Shown piece by piece: positions 26,243-39,476 of a DNA stretch of 64,000 bases. The stretch is from Felis catus. Taxonomy: Eukaryota. The stretch is from positions 48,238,001-48,302,000 of the forward strand of contig NC_058368.1 of assembly GCF_018350175.1 (NCBI RefSeq), given 5' to 3'. The position numbers and the translations under genes are program-made. A model generated the notes under the pieces. That model was not told the DNA's origin. It saw only the letters and a program-made list of their open reading frames with translations, and ran no database searches. Numbering within the stretch: the stretch's first letter is position 1; every line of letters begins with the position of its first letter.

Positions 26243-26370
26243 CTCCCGAGCAGGCTCCCCACTGTCAGCACAGAGCCCATAGTGGGGCTCAATCCCACCA
26301 CCATGAGACCATGACCTGAGCCGAAACCAAGGGTCAGTCGCTTAACCTTCTGAGCCACCCATGGCACCTC
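26121..26370 (-). mobile_element. CanSINE
   Basis: Head, (GA)n and (TTTA)n tail on the plus strand. Confidence 0.92.
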
Positions 26371-27129
26371 GATATAAAAATTAATTTAAAACACTTTTGA
26401 GTTCTAGAAATAGAATTGCTAACTACCTCCCTTCTCCTCCCCGGCCCTCAGTAGATAGTTTACCTTACTTCCCTGAGAAAATAGACCACCCCAGGCAAAA
26501 TCCCTTCAAACTCACTTCCCAAACCTTACCTCAAGGTGCTCCGTGAATGGCCGCTGGAAGAGGAATGGACGGGTGTATGCCGAGCTCCATTCTTGACTCC
26601 TTTATTTCCGTCAAGTAGAGAAAAGCCTCTCCTCTTGCTTAACTAAGCCTTCTGGAGACCAAGTCTTCCACCTGTGCTTTGGCTCCATCCTCCAAGGCAG
26701 TTCTTGGACCCTCCCTCATCAGGGACTTGGTTCCACCAGTAAATCATTCCCTCCTATAACTTTCATCTCTCTTGGCAATTTCCATTTTTCCCATTAACAA
26801 ACATACTTCAGCTCTTTCCTCTGATGGGAGCATGTGTGTGTGTGTGTGGACACATATATACATATGATTATATACACAAACCATGTATGTTGCAACTTAT
26901 TTAGATATTCCCTTGTCAATAGCCATTTGGTTCGTTAACAAATTTTTGCTCTTATAAACATGTTCCTGTCTCCTTGCACACAAGTGTGACAGTTTCTTTA
27001 GGGCAATGGTCCTCAAGGGTCCTATCCCAGACCTATTAAGATAAAACCTCCAAGGCTGTTTCTTAAAAGCCTTGCAGACAAGTCTAATGAGCAGCTTCAG
27101 TTGAGAACCGTGGCTCAAGGAGAGGAGGA

Positions 27130-27990
27130 GAAAATCTGCGTAAGAGGGAATGCACATCTCACACTTTACTGCACGTTGCACAACTGCTCTCCCGTGTAGC
27201 TGTACCTGTCTTCTATCCTATCAGTATGGTAAGATATTTTTTTTCTGATTTTTTGTTACCATGTGGTATTGTCAGACATTTCCATTTTCCCCAATCTGGT
27301 GTGAAATTGTATTTCAAATGACTTTTGTTTTTACCCCAATTAGTAGTGAGGTGGAGCATTTTTTCACCTATTTTCCCCTTCTGGTTTTTGCTTCTATAAG
27401 TTGCTTGTACACATCTCTTGTGTATGTTTCTGCTTGTGTATTTGTATTTTTCTTATTGATTTATAGATGCTGTTCAAATTATATTCTGTATAGCAATCTT
27501 TTTCTATATTTACAAAGTAAATATAGTCTGTTGCTAGTCTTTTGAATTTGTAAGTTCTTGGGCAACACTACCTGGGTTCAGTTTACAGCTCTACTCCTTA
27601 TGTTGTTTTTCTTTTCTAGAACTGGAACTATTCTTAGACTTTTTCTATTTCCTATGGATGTCACCATCAATTAGTGAAGTCTGATGAAAATATTCTGTTG
27701 AGACTCTGTAATTGCATTGAATTTTTAGACTAATTGACATCATTATGATATTGAGTCTTCTCTTTCTTGAAAATGGGGTATTTCTGCATTTATCTAGGTC
27801 TTTGTTCACAATGATCCTTCACATCATTTTAATATTTTAAGATTTATTCCTTGGTATGCATCTATAGCTTTTATTGCCGTTGCAGATTGGATCCTCTTAT
27901 TGTGATTTTTACTTGGTTATTACTGACGCTGAGGAAGGCTATCAATTTTTATATGTTGATACTTATCACGTAGTCTTGTAAAGTCTTGCT
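27130..27990 (-). mobile_element. Ancient L1 (L1ME-like) fragment
   Basis: T-rich degenerate antisense L1 ORF2 motifs (tagtgaggtggagcatttttt; attgacatcattatgatattgagtcttc). Confidence 0.65.
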
Positions 27991-28079
27991 GCCTCTAGAA
28001 TATTTTGTCTGTGTGCATGTGTGTACTGACACACGATCCTACTGACTGCAAATGACAACTTGAGTTTTATTTACCACCT

Positions 28080-28432
28080 GCTGAGAGCACTGTCAACAGG
28101 CAGCCTTCAGTTGGTAAGCCCCTTCCTTCCAGAATTGCTTCAGCTGCTGAGCCACCTTGTCCAAGTTCAAACCTCTTCCTAGGTGGCCCACATCCAATGG
28201 TGATGAGATCTGTCCTGTTTGGGACAGCTCAGAAGAGTCATTCTAGCTCCATAGCTTTCTGGGGATTGGCTGTGACTGTTGGGTCTACTTCACAGTTCAA
28301 TGTTTCCCTCACCCAATCCTGCTTCCTTCACCACTATTTCATTGGCATTGATTCCAAGGGCACTTCTTAATAAAGATCTAGCATGTCAAAATCCATCTCA
28401 GAATCTGATTCCCAGAACACCAACTATGATAC
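28080..28432 (+). mobile_element. LTR16-like (ERVL) LTR
   Basis: 3' end ttaataaagatctagcatgtcaaaatccatctcagaatctgattcccagaacaccaactatgataca. Confidence 0.7.
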
Positions 28433-28652
28433 AGTGACTGTGGGCATCCTTGAGCTTTGCAGGGAGTACCTCACCATCAATCAGAATTTGGGTTACGAGC
28501 AACAGAGTATGCCTCTGGGTTGTCTGGCCAGAAAGTAAGCTCCATGAACATGGGGATATTCATCTCTTTTACTTACCAATGTACTGTATTCATGTACAAA
28601 GGAAAAAAAAATATGTGGAGGGGATGTAGGTTAGCTCAGAAATGATAGGGAA

Positions 28653-28814
28653 GGGGAGCCTGGGGTGGCTCAGCCAGTTAAGTGTCCGACTTTTGGTTTT
28701 GGTTCAGGTAGTGATCTCACAGTTTGTGGGTTCAGGCCCTGTGTTGGTGGGATTCTCTCTCTCCCCCTTTCTTTATCCCTCTCCCCTGCTTGCACACACA
28801 CACACACACACACA

Positions 28815-28876
<62 letters not shown>

Positions 28877-28930
28877 GTCAAAATAAGTAAACTTAAAAAA
28901 AGAGATTAATTTAAAAAAAATTTTTTAAAA
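28653..28930 (+). mobile_element. CanSINE with expanded (CA)n(CT)n
   Basis: Head ggggagcctggggtggctcag; TSD agaaatgatagggaa. Confidence 0.93.
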
Positions 28931-29407
28931 AGAAATGATAGGGAAAACCAAAGACATAGGCTTGGAAGAGCAGAAAAAAAATAAAAGGAGATTTGGAAGC
29001 CAGGGCCATGGCCAAACTCAAACATATGGTGAGGGCATTGCTATAGCAATGGGCAACTTCATTTGCACTAATGCCTCTGAATTTATAGTTTCCACATGTT
29101 GCTGTCTTTCCTGCTGAAAGAAATCCTCCACTGTTATTTTTTATTCATAGCATAGAATAAAGTTATATTTTCAGAATTATATTTCAAAATTAAATTCCAG
29201 AAAGGAGTATCACGTATTATAATCCTGGTTGTCACAGGCATGGATCTTTTTAGCTTTGGAAGTGGGAGATGGGCTCTTGTCCTCACCAGGACTTTTGAAA
29301 TCAGGAACTCCCCAAACATCAATGGGAGTTCAGATGCTGGGCAGCCAAAAACATGAAAACAAAAACAAAAACAAAAACATTGTAGCTTCTAAAATTTTAC
29401 TAAAAGG

Positions 29408-29608
29408 CAGTAGCATGCTAGTAAATGTTTAACAGTTGGCACTCCAGAGGGAAAAGGCATTGATTTGTAGCATTTGCCAATTTCTAGGTGAAAGTATCCC
29501 ACTATGTTGAATTTCAAGCTACCAGTGTGATGTTTCTAACAGAGTTGGAAAAAGATGAACTCAATCCTCTCTCATGAGTTGGTACGTGCTGGCTCCTGAA
29601 CACCACTG
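29408..29608. mobile_element. MER63-like (hAT-Blackjack) MITE
   Basis: cagtagcatgctagtaaatgtttaaca...gatttgtagcatttgccaattt...caccactg, with degenerate TIRs. Confidence 0.75.
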
Positions 29609-29789
29609 CAAGAAGTATGATCGTTACAAACTTGATTTCTCCTTTTCAACAAAAAAGGAGTTATAAACAGTTACAGCTATTTATAATGGAAAGACTGTCT
29701 ACACCTGCTAACTCCACTGCCTCAAGTCATTCATTCCTCACTTTGACCCTAAGTCCATCCACTCCAATATATATTATCTAATTAGGTTG

Positions 29790-30590
29790 TGGTGGCTGCA
29801 TGCCCGGAACACTTTTCCATACCTATGGTAGCATTTGCTACCACGAACTTCTGTGTCACAAAAGTCTTCCATTAGTGTCTGCAATGCCACATTCTTCAGT
29901 GGTCTGTTTCTCAACTGGTCTTTCTCAGTCTCCTTTATAAAACCTCCCTTTTCCTGTCCTCCCCTTGAATGCCAGGATTCCCCATGGCTCCATCTTGGTC
30001 TCTCTTGGCACTCTACACAACTATGTAGAATCTGTATCTTCAGCCTTGTTCTTTCCATCGAGGTCCAGAGCTACGCAAGTAGCTTAAACTGTCTTTTCTT
30101 GAGGGGGACGGGCGGGCGGGGGGGGGGGGGGAGGTGGGTGGGTAATTTTACCTGGAAGTCTCCTTGGCACTTCACACTTAACATGCTTAAAACTGAACCT
30201 CGCACCTTCCACTCATCTTACTCCTTGCTCCGCCCCCTCCCCTCTTCTGTCTTCCCAAGCCAAAACCTTCTTTTCCTTGTATGTTCCTTATTAAAACCAA
30301 AACCATGTAAGTGGTCTTCAAGCCCTTTATTCCCCTAACTCACATCAAATTATCACCTACTCTCACAGATTCTTCCATTTGCAATCCCATGGCTTAAGAT
30401 GAAGCCACCATTAACTCTTGGTGAATGCAGTATCCTCTTCATTGGCTTTCTTGCCCCACTATAAGTTATTTGCCCCCAAACCTAATGTTCTTTATGCAAA
30501 GGCACATCTGATATCTCCACCTTTCTACTTAAAATCCTTCAATGATTTCCAAAAGTGCTCAGAAAAAAAATATACCTTAGCAAGACATCC
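29790..30590 (+). mobile_element. L2 remnant (other L2 3' ends at ~0.9, 4.1, 9.1, 12.5, 18.2 and 32.8 kb)
   Basis: ggcacttcacacttaacatgcttaaaactgaac and cttaaaatccttcaatga are degenerate L2 motifs. Confidence 0.6.
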
Positions 30591-30644
30591 ATGGTCTGTA
30601 TTGCTAATTGTGACCCCTCAACATCCATTTCCAATCCTATCCTC

Positions 30645-31089
30645 TGTTAAAGAACAAAAATTCAACTGAGTAAATGCGAAGATCTAATTGACTTTATTAA
30701 GCAGTATGTGAATCGGGCAGCATCTCATCCAGCAAATACAAAGGTTCTCTGAGGAGTTGCACAAAATGGAAGGTTTTTATAGGAAGAAGGGTGGGCAAGG
30801 GAGTTACTGGCTAAAGAAAAAAAGGGTTTTTTTTTTCCAGACAACTCCTTAAGGAGGAATAGCAAGCGGGGGTTATTATGAAGATTACCTCATCTTCTTT
30901 TGGGGAGATAGAGAGGGCCCCTGTGACAGATTACCTCACTGGTACTGCCCAGAAAATTTCTGACTGACTGGTTAAGACTATATTTCTCGAGAAGGTTGAA
31001 ACTGCAACTAGGTTAGGTACCAAGTCCTGGTTTGGGACACGGCCTAGCATGAGTGACTCCATTTTGCACCTGTGGTTTTCTTTTTGACA
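30645..31089 (-). mobile_element. ERV1-type solo LTR (MER34/CarLTR-like)
   Basis: TG...CA ends, near 4-bp TSD (cctc/cctt), minus-strand AATAAA; related to 8679-9059 in the opposite orientation. Confidence 0.82.
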
Positions 31090-31569
31090 CCTTCTCTTAC
31101 ACAACAAAGTGATTTTAGGAATTGACACTTACTTCAGAGGTAGATCCTACTTAGTCTACCCCAAAATGATGATCCCATCTCCCTTGTCAATGACTGATTT
31201 GGGAACCCGGGGCTGAGACAATTGATGCTGGGCATCCTGCCGGTAACATTTATTGTTGGAACAGTGGATATGGTGACTAAGTCTCTTCCCATGTTGCAGT
31301 AAACAAAAAAAGAATGTAGTCTTGGCTGCTATCTTAATAGGCTGCTGCTACCTTACTCTTGATTACTCTTGGCTGCTATCTTAGTAGGCTAAAGTTTGTA
31401 CTGTGGAAAACAAAGCAAAATGATGGAAGGAACCAACCATCTCTGAACATGCTGGGACTTATTTTTTTTAAAGCTGATCTGAAATCATCCTAAATGTTAT
31501 AAGGCTCTTCCCTATATGATCTAGTCCCTAATTACCTTTCCAGTGGCACTTTTTCTTATTTGTCTATTT

Positions 31570-31754
31570 ACATTCAGGTGTCATCTGAGGACCTGCAGGA
31601 TTGGTATCACCAGAGAACTGGTTAGAAATATAGAACCTCGGGTCTCACCCAGACCTACTGAATTGAATTGCATTCAATAAGATTCCTAAATGACCATATA
31701 CACATTAGAGTTTGGAAAGTGTTGGCCTTTTAAAAAAAAAATTATTTATTTATT

Positions 31755-31826
<72 letters not shown>

Positions 31827-32450
31827 ATGTGTGAGCCTGGGATGGGAAGAGAGGCAGAGAGAGGAGAGAAAAAGAATCCCAAGCAGGCTCCCCACAGGCA
31901 TCACAGAGCCTATCATGGGGCTTGATCTCATGATCTGTGGGATCATGACCTGAGCTGAAACCAGGAGTTGGACACTTAACTGACTGAGCCACCCAAGTGC
32001 CCCAAGAGAAATGCTGGTCTTGACAGTGGTTCTCAAAGATGGCTCCCAGACCAGCAGCATCAGATCACTGATCACCTGAGAACTCATCAGAAATACACAT
32101 GCTCAGGATCCCAGACCTATTGAATCAGAAACTCTGGGGGTGGTGTTCCCAGCAATCTGTGTTTTAATGGCTCTGTCATTTCTCCTCCAACACAATGCAC
32201 AGCATTTCCATTTTAGCTGTTGCAGATACTATCTACCTACCTCTAGAACACTCTTTGAGAACTACTGGTCTATATCAGTTTCCTAAACTTACTATACATT
32301 GAAATAGCTCAGAGAGTTTTAGAAATGACTGATGTCTGCATGCCACTCCCAGAGAATTCTGACTTAATTGATATGGAGTAGGACCGGGGCACTGGGGAGG
32401 TTGCAAACTCCCCAGGTGATTCTAATTTTCAGCACGTTTGAGACCGCTGA
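31570..32450. mobile_element. Cluster of three MER5-family copies (~31570-31725, ~32023-32270, ~32276-32450), with a CanSINE between the first two
   Basis: Repeated cagacctactgaat, cagtggttctcaaa, ctccccaggtgattctaa and tttgagaactactg motifs. Confidence 0.78.
31741..32003 (-). mobile_element. CanSINE with long (GA)n
   Basis: Head ends at 32003; (GA)n at ~31757-31825. Confidence 0.92.
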
Positions 32451-33438
32451 TCTACACCCAAACCATACCCAAACCTATAAAGATATCTCCTTTTCTGAAC
32501 CAAACCCCTTGTTTTCCCCTCTCTCACCTTTCCTTTCTTCCCCGACTGACTGGTATTTGCCTTTTACAACTTGCACAGGTATCACCTCTTGCTGGAGGTT
32601 TTCTCTGATGGCCAAAGTTGGAATAATGCCTCTGCCATGTACCTATGTGGGAACCAGAGCGGTTCTCACATGCATCCACTTTATTTCTCCTGACCTGTCT
32701 TCCTTGTGGAGTTATAGTCTTTCTGAGTGTGGTAAGCCAGCCATATGCACTGTTTCATTCCTTGCGTCTTGACAAGACCTGGCACCAAGAGGGGGGCTCA
32801 GCAAGCATTTGTTGAATACATAATGAGGGTAGAATACATAAGTAGTGTGTCTTCTACTTTCTTGGTGATTGTCATAGTTCCTCAAAAAATGCTTAACTGA
32901 GTTTTCTACAATTGCTTCTTAAAGGAACTCTTTTCATTTAAAAGCCCCCAAATAAAGCCAGAAAATGTTATAGATACAGGAAAATTAGGGGAAAATAAAA
33001 CTAAGGAAACTTGGATAACGCCATCGATTGACTGCTGAATGAGCGCTGCACATTGTGTAAATTGGGTTATTTTTCACCGGGGCCAGGATGTGGGTTCTGA
33101 CTAAGACTGGATTGCCTGATGACTATATATAGCACCGATGTGGTTAAGAGCCTGAGTTGGGGGCAGACAATTTCAGCTGTGCCATTTACCCATTGTGTGT
33201 CTCTCCTTAGCTCCTTGACTTCCTTCAGCCTCAGGGGCCTTACCTCTAAAGAGGGCATAGTAATGTCTGCCTCACAGGGACATGTAAGGCTTAAATGACA
33301 CAATATTTTTCAGGCATGTAGCACAATGCCTGGTACCTAATAAGTGCTCCACCTGTGGAAGCTAAAAGCTAATAGAATATTTCTAAATTCCATTTAGACT
33401 TGTGGGTGGAATTTGGTGCCATCTTTGTTGATCAAATT

Positions 33439-33644
33439 GTTTTTTTTTTTTTTTTAATGTTTATTTTTAGGAGGGAGGGAGGGAGAGGCAGACAGACAGA
33501 CAGACAGAGAGGGAGACAGGGCATCCGAAGTGGTCTCTGTGGTGACAGCAGAGAGCCCGATGTGGGGCTCTAACTCATGAACTTTGAGATCATGACCTGA
33601 GCTGAAGCAGGACGCTTAACTAACTGAACCACCCAGGCGCCCCC
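33439..33644 (-). mobile_element. CanSINE
   Basis: Head and tail present; TSD caaatt(g/a)tt. Confidence 0.93.
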
Positions 33645-36600
33645 AAATTATTCTTAAAATATAAGCTTGGTCTCCTCAGGCTCTTTGCATTTTCCATTTA
33701 ACTCCTGATTATCCATGAGCAAAAACTGACTCTGTCTCACACCTACTCCTTCACTGCCATTGTCACAAACCTATGCTCTTATAGATATTAGTTCCACTTC
33801 TTGCTCCAAAACAACAGGTGCATTGCAAAGTAATGAAAACTCCCAAAAGATGGCCAGAAGGAAAAGCAGGATGGAAGGGCTCATTTGTGGAATACTGACT
33901 CACAAGCAACAAATTATTGATTTGAATAGAAAGTCCCAGGATGTCGGCCTCCACAGCAGATACCAAGCTACCAAGAGGAAAGGAGTCATACAGTTTCCCT
34001 AGAGGCTGAGTTACAGCCCTCAGCTATAAAATACAGCCCTTTGTGTGCTGAATGCTGATCCAGGGCACATTAAGACAAGAACTGTTCATTTATAGGCATC
34101 AATAAAGTGAAAGCATAAGTTGCATGAACAGAACTGAGCTGGTCAAGGCCAGCTAATTCCTGCAAATACCTTGTTACTCATTGAATGTAAATGATCTACT
34201 TCTGCATTTTATCATGTTTACACAGTGATATTTTGTGACGGCTGCTTCCAGGTTTATGTGTATTTTTAATCTGGGAAAGTCCAGGGCTTATTCACTCCTA
34301 TGTTGAATAAAAGGTCACTGGTAAAAATCAGGAACTAACCTAAAACAAGGATGGCAAGTTTTGGCAAGTGTCGACCAACGTATTTCACTGTTAAAAAAAA
34401 AAAAATCCATTGTCTTGAAACAAGAAATGGCTTCTCACCTTGCAAATAAAAGAACAGATATTTCAATTATGTAAGCAACGACGACAAAAAAGCAGGACCA
34501 TCAAGTGGTGCCCTCTGCTTTTATTAGAGCCACAGAGATGGACTTTTGCATGCACGTAGAGGGTGTAAAAGGGAGTAAAGTGAGAAGAAAAAGGGCAGAA
34601 CCCCAAACTTTGGGTATCATATTTTATTAAACTATCACCCTATGAAGCTGTTGTTATGCATTATCCCCACTTTATAGATAAAGAAACTGAAGATCAGCAA
34701 GCCTGACTTATTTGCTTAAGACCCACCTAGCTAGTAAGCCTCTGGTTTATCACCAAGCTTGGGTCTATCAGTCTGGTCAAACCCTGAGCTGTCCTCTACA
34801 ATATGATATTTTTCGTTTGTTTCTTCAGAAGCAAACATGTTGTGGGCATCTATGTGTTTTCTTTATTCATTGTACCACTCAACACCTGTAGAAGAGTTCA
34901 CTAGCATCTAGGGTCTAGACAAGAGTTTGAGTTCTAGGTCTGTCTACTAGTCATGTGACCTTTGGCAGATTTGTTAAATTTTGCAAATCGCAAAATTTGT
35001 CTGTAAAATGGGATAATATTAGGAGAAAGATTGTTGAACAGAGAAAAATAACCATTATGCAAAGCCCTAAGCAGAATGCTTGGCAAATGATAAATGCCTA
35101 ATAAATGTTAACTATTGCTTATCAGTGCATTCTGTGCTCAAGGCTTTGGGTAAGGTGCTTATAGAGGATAAAAGTTGAACTAGACTATTGTCCTTGGGGA
35201 AATTGGCCAGAAGATAGAGAGAACATGCCTTTAGATATAGCTTAGGGGTTTTGTTAATACAGAGAAGAGACATTTGGAAGGATTGGATTTTGTATGCTGA
35301 GTAAATGTGTATTTTACATACCTGAAAAAATCATCATTCCATAGAAAATGGAATGTTTACAGCATTAAAATTCATCCCATTGGATTTCAGCTCACTAATA
35401 TTATCACACAGATATTCTGTTTAAGGATGAGGAAAAACAAATTGTGTCTCCCAAATGACAGACAGAATGGTTGAGGAAGCAAAGAAGGACGCTGAGTGAA
35501 TTTATTTATAAATTCAGAAATATGAATTTATTCTTCATATATAAGAATAAATAAATATATGGGACAGATAGGTAGATCGATAGATAAAATATATAATCTA
35601 AAATCTGTTTCATGATGCAACATTTTAATGTCAATATTCCTGGCAAGACATTAGCAAATTTTTTAAAAAGTTTTTATTAATCCTTTTGCTGCCTTGACCT
35701 GTTCTCAACCACACCCTACCTGAGATACATTCAATTCTCCTAGAGGAAAGAACAGAAGTCTACAGAAAAAAAATAATAATAGTACTCCACACTTCTCCAA
35801 ACTTATGCTTTTGCATTTTTAGTCTCCTTCCCATTGCTCTTAAAAAACAAAACAAAACAAAACAAAAAACCCTCACTTGATAGCAGTTTGCAATTGAACA
35901 GCAGATTGAGTAGTGAAAACTAGTATCAAAATAGGTTTGATTTGCTCACAGCCTTCAAATAAGAGGTAAACCTTGAACAAAGCAATTTGTCGGAAACTTC
36001 TTTTCTAAACATTTTCCATCTAGGCATTGTACGGAATAATCTACTTGGGTATTACATAGTGTGGACTCTTGTGCATGTACATGTGTTTTGACAATTCTTC
36101 CTACTCAACAGGAAGTATGCCGTTGAGTGACATGTCCTTTACTTCTTAGGCAGAATTTCCTTGAGCAAAACCATAAACTAGGTAAAGCTTATTTTCCAGG
36201 GCTCTTATCTCTCCTTCACAAACCTTTGTACACTTTTCGCTTTACCCCTTGCCACTTCTATAACTCCCAAGTACTGCCAGCAACCACAACCACCATCATA
36301 GAAAGAACACAATCACATGAGGGCAGCGTTTGGTACTATTTTCATTCTTCCTCTTAACCCAAACCTGCTCTTCTAAATACACTGGTAGACTCCTTCACAC
36401 TCAGGTGTTACTGTTGATAAGGCTACCACTTTTGCCCTTCCAGGTGTATATCGTAAGTGATAAGAAGCCTTAGGCAAATAAATGAAGACTAATGTGTAAT
36501 TTCAAACACTAAGCGCACAGATATGGAATATATTTACGGGGGAGGTGGGCTAGAAGAGGCATTTGTAGCTGAGCCACAGTAAAGTAGCTACTAATCTGTG

Positions 36601-38242
36601 TATGCTTGAGGCAGGTACTGTCTCATACTTAAGTAATTATGATCTTTGTTCCAACTTTTCAATCCCACACTCACAAAGAAAACTATCACCTTTATGTTCC
36701 TGGAAATTAAAGGGAGATGGCCCCACACTCCTCGTAAGGCAATGATGATTGCAGAAGGATCTCTGCTTTCAATCCAATCAAGAACCTGGGGGCCCTGAGG
36801 GCAGGGTGTTCTGAGACAGATAGAGGGACTAAGCCACTCACTGTGTGCTCACTCACTCAAGTTCACAAAACACACAAGTTATTCCTGCTCCTTTGGGGAA
36901 GATACGTAGCAGGGTAGAATAGCAGGAGCCGATCCTCCTGAAATTTCCCTCCCATGGAGTAAAGTGGAAATCCCTTCCCTCTATGGACTTGGGGAGCTAG
37001 GAATCACAACAAATCCCTTCCTGAAAGCCAACTTTAGGACGGGCTCTGCACTGTGCACTTTGCATATGCTCGCCTCTGTATAGCTCACAAGGTCTGGGAA
37101 GGTGGTGTGACTACCCTCTGTATAAAAAGAGGTGTCTCCTCAGGCAAGCAACTTGTAGGCATCATTTTGCTGGTAAAATGAATAACAACCATCTGAAAAC
37201 AGTTTGTTCTGGCCTTAAAGCAAATGCTCTTTCATGGTGCCAACACTTTAAATATCTTCAACTTTCTATAACAAAGACTAAGACTGTAGCTCTACCGATG
37301 TATTTTATCGGAAGTGTCTTTTTTAACCTCTGCCTGAAAACATTCACAGTTACAACATTCTGCCTAGATCCTTTGGCACAAATGACGAAGAATCCACTTC
37401 CAGTTTTGGTAGAAAGTCTTTTTCGCTCTCATCATAAAGCCAAAAATGCCATAATCACACCATTTATCAATAACCGGCTGAGGCCACTCTCAATCTTCTT
37501 TACATTTATGTCCAACGTGTCCTATTTGTGAATGGATGCATTATCTTAAATCTAAGGTAGAGGAATCTCTCATCCGTAGTACATTCAAAAGAAGTAGGGA
37601 CTATACGAAATAGGATGGGAGAGTCCTTTAGCTGATAAGGAAGCGAAGAGACATCAAATACCAGTGCCTCACAGCTTTATGGAGCAGTTAACCTTGAGAC
37701 GTGGCTGTATGTAAAGATTAAACTGCAGCTCCTGGTTAACAGATTTATAGAGCTTTACAAATACCTTGGTTTCACTATTTGTGCTTTTATCTACTTCTGG
37801 ACTTTATTACTGCTTTCTGTCCCGTGATAGTCTTTATATACACAGAATGCCAAGAGATTAAACAATGAAAAAGGAGCCAAAAGGTTTCCTTTGTCATCTT
37901 TAATGTCTTAAAGGTTTTAAGAGAGAGCCACACCTTCCACCAGTTAGAGATCCACAGAAAATGCCACCCGTCTCCCCTACAAGGGTGATGACCATTTCAC
38001 AAGTCACAGTCTCCAGATAAAGGCAAAGAAAATGTCAAAGTAGTAGCTCTCCAGGGTTATGGTGGAAAATAACTAACCCATGATTAGGATTAGCAGCCCA
38101 TTGCTCACGCACAAAATCTAAATAAATACCTCATGTGATGCAATCAACATATTGGTAAATAAATACATCATAGTTATTCATTGTACAAAAGGGACTACTG
38201 CTTGGTTAGATGTGAATAAAGGCAGCCACATCAACACAGGAG

Positions 38243-38430
38243 ATTTTTTTTTTTTTAATGTTTATTTTTAAGGGGGGGAGGGGCAGAGAGAGAGTAGAGA
38301 GAGAATCCCTAGCAGGCGCTGCACTGTTAGCACAGAGCCCGATGCAGGGTTTGAACCCACAAACTGTGAGCCCATGACCTGAGTTGAAATCAAGTCAGGC
38401 ACTTAACCAACTGAGCCACCCAGGTGCCCC
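38243..38430 (-). mobile_element. CanSINE
   Basis: Head ctgagccacccaggtgcccc and poly(T) on the plus strand. Confidence 0.92.
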
Positions 38431-38917
38431 AGAAGATGAATTTTTAAAAAGAAAATGCAAAAGGGTTTAGGCCCCATCTGGGCTGAATGATTCCACTATC
38501 ACAGAATCCTTCACAAAAGACAGGAACTGACAATGTTAGGATAAAATACGGTAATATCGGAAGAAGAAAGAAACATCAATTAACAGGGTGAGGAGGTGGC
38601 CTATTCACACTTGCCTTGGTTGTAAGCTCGTGGCTTCTTGTTCCTGAGGTGCCTACTGTCACAGGGGCAAGCTACCGAGCCACGTGAATGTTATGACTTG
38701 AGGGAAATCAACACTTCTGACTAGAAAATTAAGCTTCCCGTCTACAGTTCTACCTACTCAGCAAGAGCGACAGTCAACACATTTTTTTTTTCTACTTGAA
38801 GAAAACAATCTATTTTCTGATTGCAGTGAATTTTGTATACCAGCTGTCATTCTGAATTCTTTACCATATAATATGTCTTTCAAACCCAATCATAAGCAAA
38901 TAATCAAATGAAAACTA

Positions 38918-39021
38918 TTTTTTAAAGATTTTAAGTAATCTCTACACCCCATGTGGGGCTCAAACTCACAACCCTGAGATCAAGAATCGCATGCTCAACT
39001 GACTGAGCCAGCCAGGCACCC
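38918..39021 (-). mobile_element. Short tRNA-derived CanSINE variant lacking the CT tract
   Basis: ggggctcaaactcacaaccctgagatcaagaatcgcatgctcaactgactgagccagccaggcaccc; TSD tgaaa(a/t)ctattt. Confidence 0.85.
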
Positions 39022-39384
39022 TGAAATCTATTTCTAAATACTCATATTTAAGGTATGGTACCAAGGTAGGGCTTTCCAGATGTGAACTGTCTAGAAGGTT
39101 TTTTTGGAAAGATGCAAAAGTACTAAAGTAACAGAAATAAAAAGACTTTTTTTTTTTTTAATTGTCATAAAGCTGTGTGGACTGAAATCATGAAAAGAAA
39201 TTCGGATGCTAAAAGAGGATAGGCACTAGCAGGGAGTGTGAGCAGAAACTTTCAGGTAAATTTGCACCCTAGAATTTTAATAATTTTTGAACTTTTTATA
39301 ATATTCACTACCCATAAAGTGCGTTGATATGTTGATAAAATTGTATTTTCTAATTAAAAAAATGAATATTTTACCATAGGTTCA

Positions 39385-39476
39385 AGTGGGGCTTGAACTC
39401 ACAACACTGAGATCAAGAACTGAGCTGAGATCAAGAGTCAGATACTTAACCAACTAAGCTTCCCAGGCAACCCCCC
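39385..39476 (-). mobile_element. CanSINE head fragment
   Basis: ggggcttgaactcacaacactgagatcaag..tgagctgagatcaagagtcaga..cttaaccaactaagc. Confidence 0.8.

Noticed and set aside
29835..30338. 167-aa ORF
   Set aside because: Lies in an L2 remnant with a G-run, has a non-ATG start and no recognisable homology.
38918..39021. tRNA gene
   Set aside because: A tRNA-derived SINE head with an A-rich tail and TSD; no intact cloverleaf evident.
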